From: Trueperaceae bacterium
Lineage (GTDB): Bacteria; Deinococcota; Deinococci; Deinococcales; Trueperaceae
Assembly: GCA_965213925.1 (NCBI GenBank)
Contig: OZ243927.1
Coordinates: forward strand, 1,600,001 to 1,664,000
Direction: 5' to 3'
Length of the DNA: 64,000 nucleotides
Part shown: positions 61,114 to 64,000 of the stretch, one piece after another
Numbering within the stretch: the stretch's first letter is position 1
Layout: each line of letters opens with the position of its first letter
Notes under the pieces: model-generated
Told to the model about the DNA's origin: nothing
Seen by the model: the letters and a program-made list of their open reading frames with translations, nothing else
The model's database searches: none
Made by a program: the position numbers and the translations under genes

Positions 61114-64000
61114 TGGCGCACGCGCTCAACGCCATCTCTGTATCGGGCAACCTGCTCAGCAACGAGTTTTTGCACACCAGCACGCAGCCCGGCGGGAAGT
61201 TCCAGGCGTTCGACCCGAGCACCTTCGACCCGAGCTGGAAGCGCGAGGCGGACTTCGAGGCGGCGCTGAGCCGCGCCTGGGAAGACCTCAAGGACCGCTT
61301 CGACGAGATTTACCCCAGCCTGCCCTACATGGACCTCCCGGCGGTACGGAGGGGGTGGACGCTGCCCCTCTTGCGGACGCTCGGCTTCGCCCCGGCGTAT
61401 CAAAAAGCGCGGCTCAAGCTCCCGCGTTTGAGCGAAACCTTCCCCATCAGCCACCGTGGATGGGGGACCGACGACGCCCCCGTCATGCACCTGCTCTCCC
61501 CTCAGAGCGACTTAGACAGCAAGCCCGCCGAACGCGGCGCGAAGAGCCCGCAGATGATGGTGCAGACCTTCCTCAACCAGGACAGCACGCAGTCGTGGGG
61601 CATCTTGTCGAACGGCGCGGTGCTGAGGCTCCTCCGGGTCTATCACCACACGAGCCAGGCGGGTTACGTCCAGTTCGACCTCGTACAGCTCTTCTTGACC
61701 CGCGACTACGACGAATTCAGGAGCCTCTACCGCCTCGCACACGCCAGCCGCTTCGTGCCGCGCGGCACGACCTTAGTCGAGGCGAAAGCTGAGTCGGAGG
61801 ACAAGTTAGAGGATGAGGGCGAGGACGAAAACGCGCCCGCCGAAGCGAAACGCCTCCCGGTCTGGCTCGAGGTCTGCTACGAGCACGCCCGCAGCGAGGG
61901 CAGCCGAGCTGAGGCGAGCCTCCGCAAAAACGTCATGGAAGCGCTTATCGTGTTGGGCAACGGTCTCCTAACCCCAGGGCTGCGCCAGCGCCTAATCGAG
62001 CGCCCCGCCGACATGGATATCTACTACCGCCAGCTCCTCCGGGTTGTATACCGCTGCATCTTCCTGCTCTTCGCCGAGCAGCGCGGGCTCATCCGCACCG
62101 ACTCGCCCTTCGCTGAGGTCTACCACGACGAATACAGCCTCACCGCGCTGCGCAACCTCGCCGAGGAGCAGCGCCTAGTGCGCGACCACGGGTCTGATTT
62201 GTGGGAGCGGCTGCTCCTCACCTTCGAGCTGGCTCGCGTCGGCAACGAAGACCTGGGCGTTCAAGCCTTTAACGGCGACCTCTTCGACGCCGAAAACCTC
62301 TACCTCGTCTACGGCAACGTGTTCGACCCGGCGCTGCGCAACACCCGCGACGACCTCCCCCGGCTCACGAACCAAGAGACGCTGCGCTTCATCGAATGCT
62401 TAGGCTTCACCACCGTCAACGGCACCTTGGAGCGCATCAACTACCGCGACCTCAAAGTTGAAGAGATCGGGCACATCTACGAAGGGCTCCTCGACTTCGC
62501 GCCGCACCTCGCCGCGCAAGACCTGATGTCGGAGAGCGGTCCCGTCGCCAAGGGCGCGTTCTACTTAGACGAGCGCAGCACGAGTCGCAAGACGAGCGGC
62601 TCCTACTACACCCCGAAAGAGCTGGTGCAAGAGATCATCAGCCGAGCACTGCTACCCGTCATCGACGAGCGCCTAGCGGCGGCGGACAATACCTTACAGG
62701 CGCAAGAGGAGGCGCTCCTCAGCATCAAAGTCCTCGACCCCGCCTGCGGCAGCGGCGCGTTTCTCATCGCCGCCAACGACGCGCTCGCCAAGCGCCTCGC
62801 CGATTTGCGCTGGCAAGCGGCGCGCGAAGAAGCGCTTAGGAGTGCCGCCGACACCTTTCTTTTCGAGGGGCGCGTAGGCGCAAGCGCCGCCAACCCCTCG
62901 CAGACCCACGAGCGGTACTACGAAGAGGTCCAGAAAGCCAAGCGCGACGTGCTCGCGAGCTGCATCTACGGCGTAGACCTCAACGACATGGCAGTCGAAC
63001 TCGCCAAGGTGAGCCTCTGGATAGACGCCGCCAGCAGCGGCAAACCCCTCAACTTCCTAGACCACCGCATCCGCTGCGGCAACTCCCTACTCGGTGCGCC
63101 GCTGAACTTTATCTACCTGGGCATCAACCCGGACGCCTACAAGGGACGCGGCGACGCTGACAAAGACACCCTAGCGGAGGTCCGCAAGGTCTTCAGCCCC
63201 AAACAGTACGCGGAGCGGCACAAGAGGTTAGACGAAGAGGGGGCGCTCTTCGACCTCAAGATTCAGCTCCCCGACTTAGGCGCGGTGCGCGAGGACTCCG
63301 TGGAGGGCGTGCGGGAAAAAGAGGAACGCTACGAGCGCCTACGCGCCCAAGACGCCCTCGCCAAGTGGCAACTCGTCGCCGACTACTGGACGAGCGCCTT
63401 TTTCTACCCCGTGAAGCCCAACACCGGGACCATCCCCAACCAGAAGAGCCTCAACCTCATCGTCCAGGCGCTAGAAGAGCGCACCACCGACCAGCTCAAA
63501 CAGCTCACGCCCCTCTCCCCGCAGGTGCTCGGGCACATTGCCGCTCTAAAGCACCAGTACAACTTCTTCCACTACTGGTTAGAATTCCCCGAAGCGTTCT
63601 TTGACAGCGCAGGCAACCTCAAGGCGCAGCGCGGCTTCGATGTGATTGTGGGCAACCCGCCCTGGGAAGTTGTACAGCCCGAAGAGAAGAAGTGGTTTGC
63701 GGGACGCAATGAGGAGATAGCCGAAGCGTCGGGGGCGAAGCGGAAGAAACTCATTAAAAAGCTAGAAACCGAAGACCTCGACCTTTACGAAAAGTGGAAC
63801 GAGCACGCTACAGAGACTCACGCGACTGCGAACTTCGTCAAGGCGTCCGGGCGTTACCCCACGTTGAATACTGGCAAGGTCAACCTGTATGCGGTATTCG
63901 CGGCGGGGAATAAAGACCTGACGAGTTCTACCGGACGCACTGGCATCATCGTGCCGTCGGGCATTGCCACCGACAACACGACTAAAGACCTCTTCAGGGA
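61113..64000 (+). CDS. Large N6-adenine DNA methyltransferase (Eco57I/type IIG-like, DrmMI-like); 3' end outside the window
   Basis: Absent from the ORF track; ATG overlaps the helicase [38 protein letters not shown]. Confidence 0.9.
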   Translation, partial: MAHALNAISVSGNLLSNEFLHTSTQPGGKFQAFDPSTFDPSWKREADFEAALSRAWEDLKDRFDEIYPSLPYMDLPAVRRGWTLPLLRTLGFAPAYQKARLKLPRLSETFPISHRGWGTDDAPVMHLLSPQSDLDSKPAERGAKSPQMMVQTFLNQDSTQSWGILSNGAVLRLLRVYHHTSQAGYVQFDLVQLFLTRDYDEFRSLYRLAHASRFVPRGTTLVEAKAESEDKLEDEGEDENAPAEAKRLPVWLEVCYEHARSEGSRAEASLRKNVMEALIVLGNGLLTPGLRQRLIERPADMDIYYRQLLRVVYRCIFLLFAEQRGLIRTDSPFAEVYHDEYSLTALRNLAEEQRLVRDHGSDLWERLLLTFELARVGNEDLGVQAFNGDLFDAENLYLVYGNVFDPALRNTRDDLPRLTNQETLRFIECLGFTTVNGTLERINYRDLKVEEIGHIYEGLLDFAPHLAAQDLMSESGPVAKGAFYLDERSTSRKTSGSYYTPKELVQEIISRALLPVIDERLAAADNTLQAQEEALLSIKVLDPACGSGAFLIAANDALAKRLADLRWQAAREEALRSAADTFLFEGRVGASAANPSQTHERYYEEVQKAKRDVLASCIYGVDLNDMAVELAKVSLWIDAASSGKPLNFLDHRIRCGNSLLGAPLNFIYLGINPDAYKGRGDADKDTLAEVRKVFSPKQYAERHKRLDEEGALFDLKIQLPDLGAVREDSVEGVREKEERYERLRAQDALAKWQLVADYWTSAFFYPVKPNTGTIPNQKSLNLIVQALEERTTDQLKQLTPLSPQVLGHIAALKHQYNFFHYWLEFPEAFFDSAGNLKAQRGFDVIVGNPPWEVVQPEEKKWFAGRNEEIAEASGAKRKKLIKKLETEDLDLYEKWNEHATETHATANFVKASGRYPTLNTGKVNLYAVFAAGNKDLTSSTGRTGIIVPSGIATDNTTKDLFR

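Overview
High-GC bacterial chromosome segment, most likely Deinococcota (Trueperaceae-like). This is inferred from bshC, DUF3084/lptB, a Cys-less FmdB protein and many starts placed 5-7 nt after a TANNNT box. Bases 1-49.4 kb are mostly core genome: an XPB helicase locus, aroH, ppa, tig-clpP-clpX, bshC, a sulfotransferase-containing surface-glycan cluster, hisD, maf, a type IV pilus-class chemosensory operon, gpsA, endonuclease III, lptB and tRNA-Met. Several families of hairpin or MITE-like repeats are scattered through it. From about 49.5 kb to the end is an accessory, island-like region: an RHH protein, an orphan DUF3037 with a probable HipA-like kinase remnant, an M50 peptidase, a diguanylate cyclase, a truncated hsdM, and a DISARM class I-like SNF2 helicase plus N6-adenine methyltransferase that runs off the window. 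The best candidate for an undescribed system is a compact, exonuclease-less family A polymerase-like gene (56107-57702). It has two pairs of GNA-triloop hairpins on opposite strands downstream, iteron-like repeats upstream, and the defence genes next to it. All calls come from motif recognition by eye; no database searches were run.
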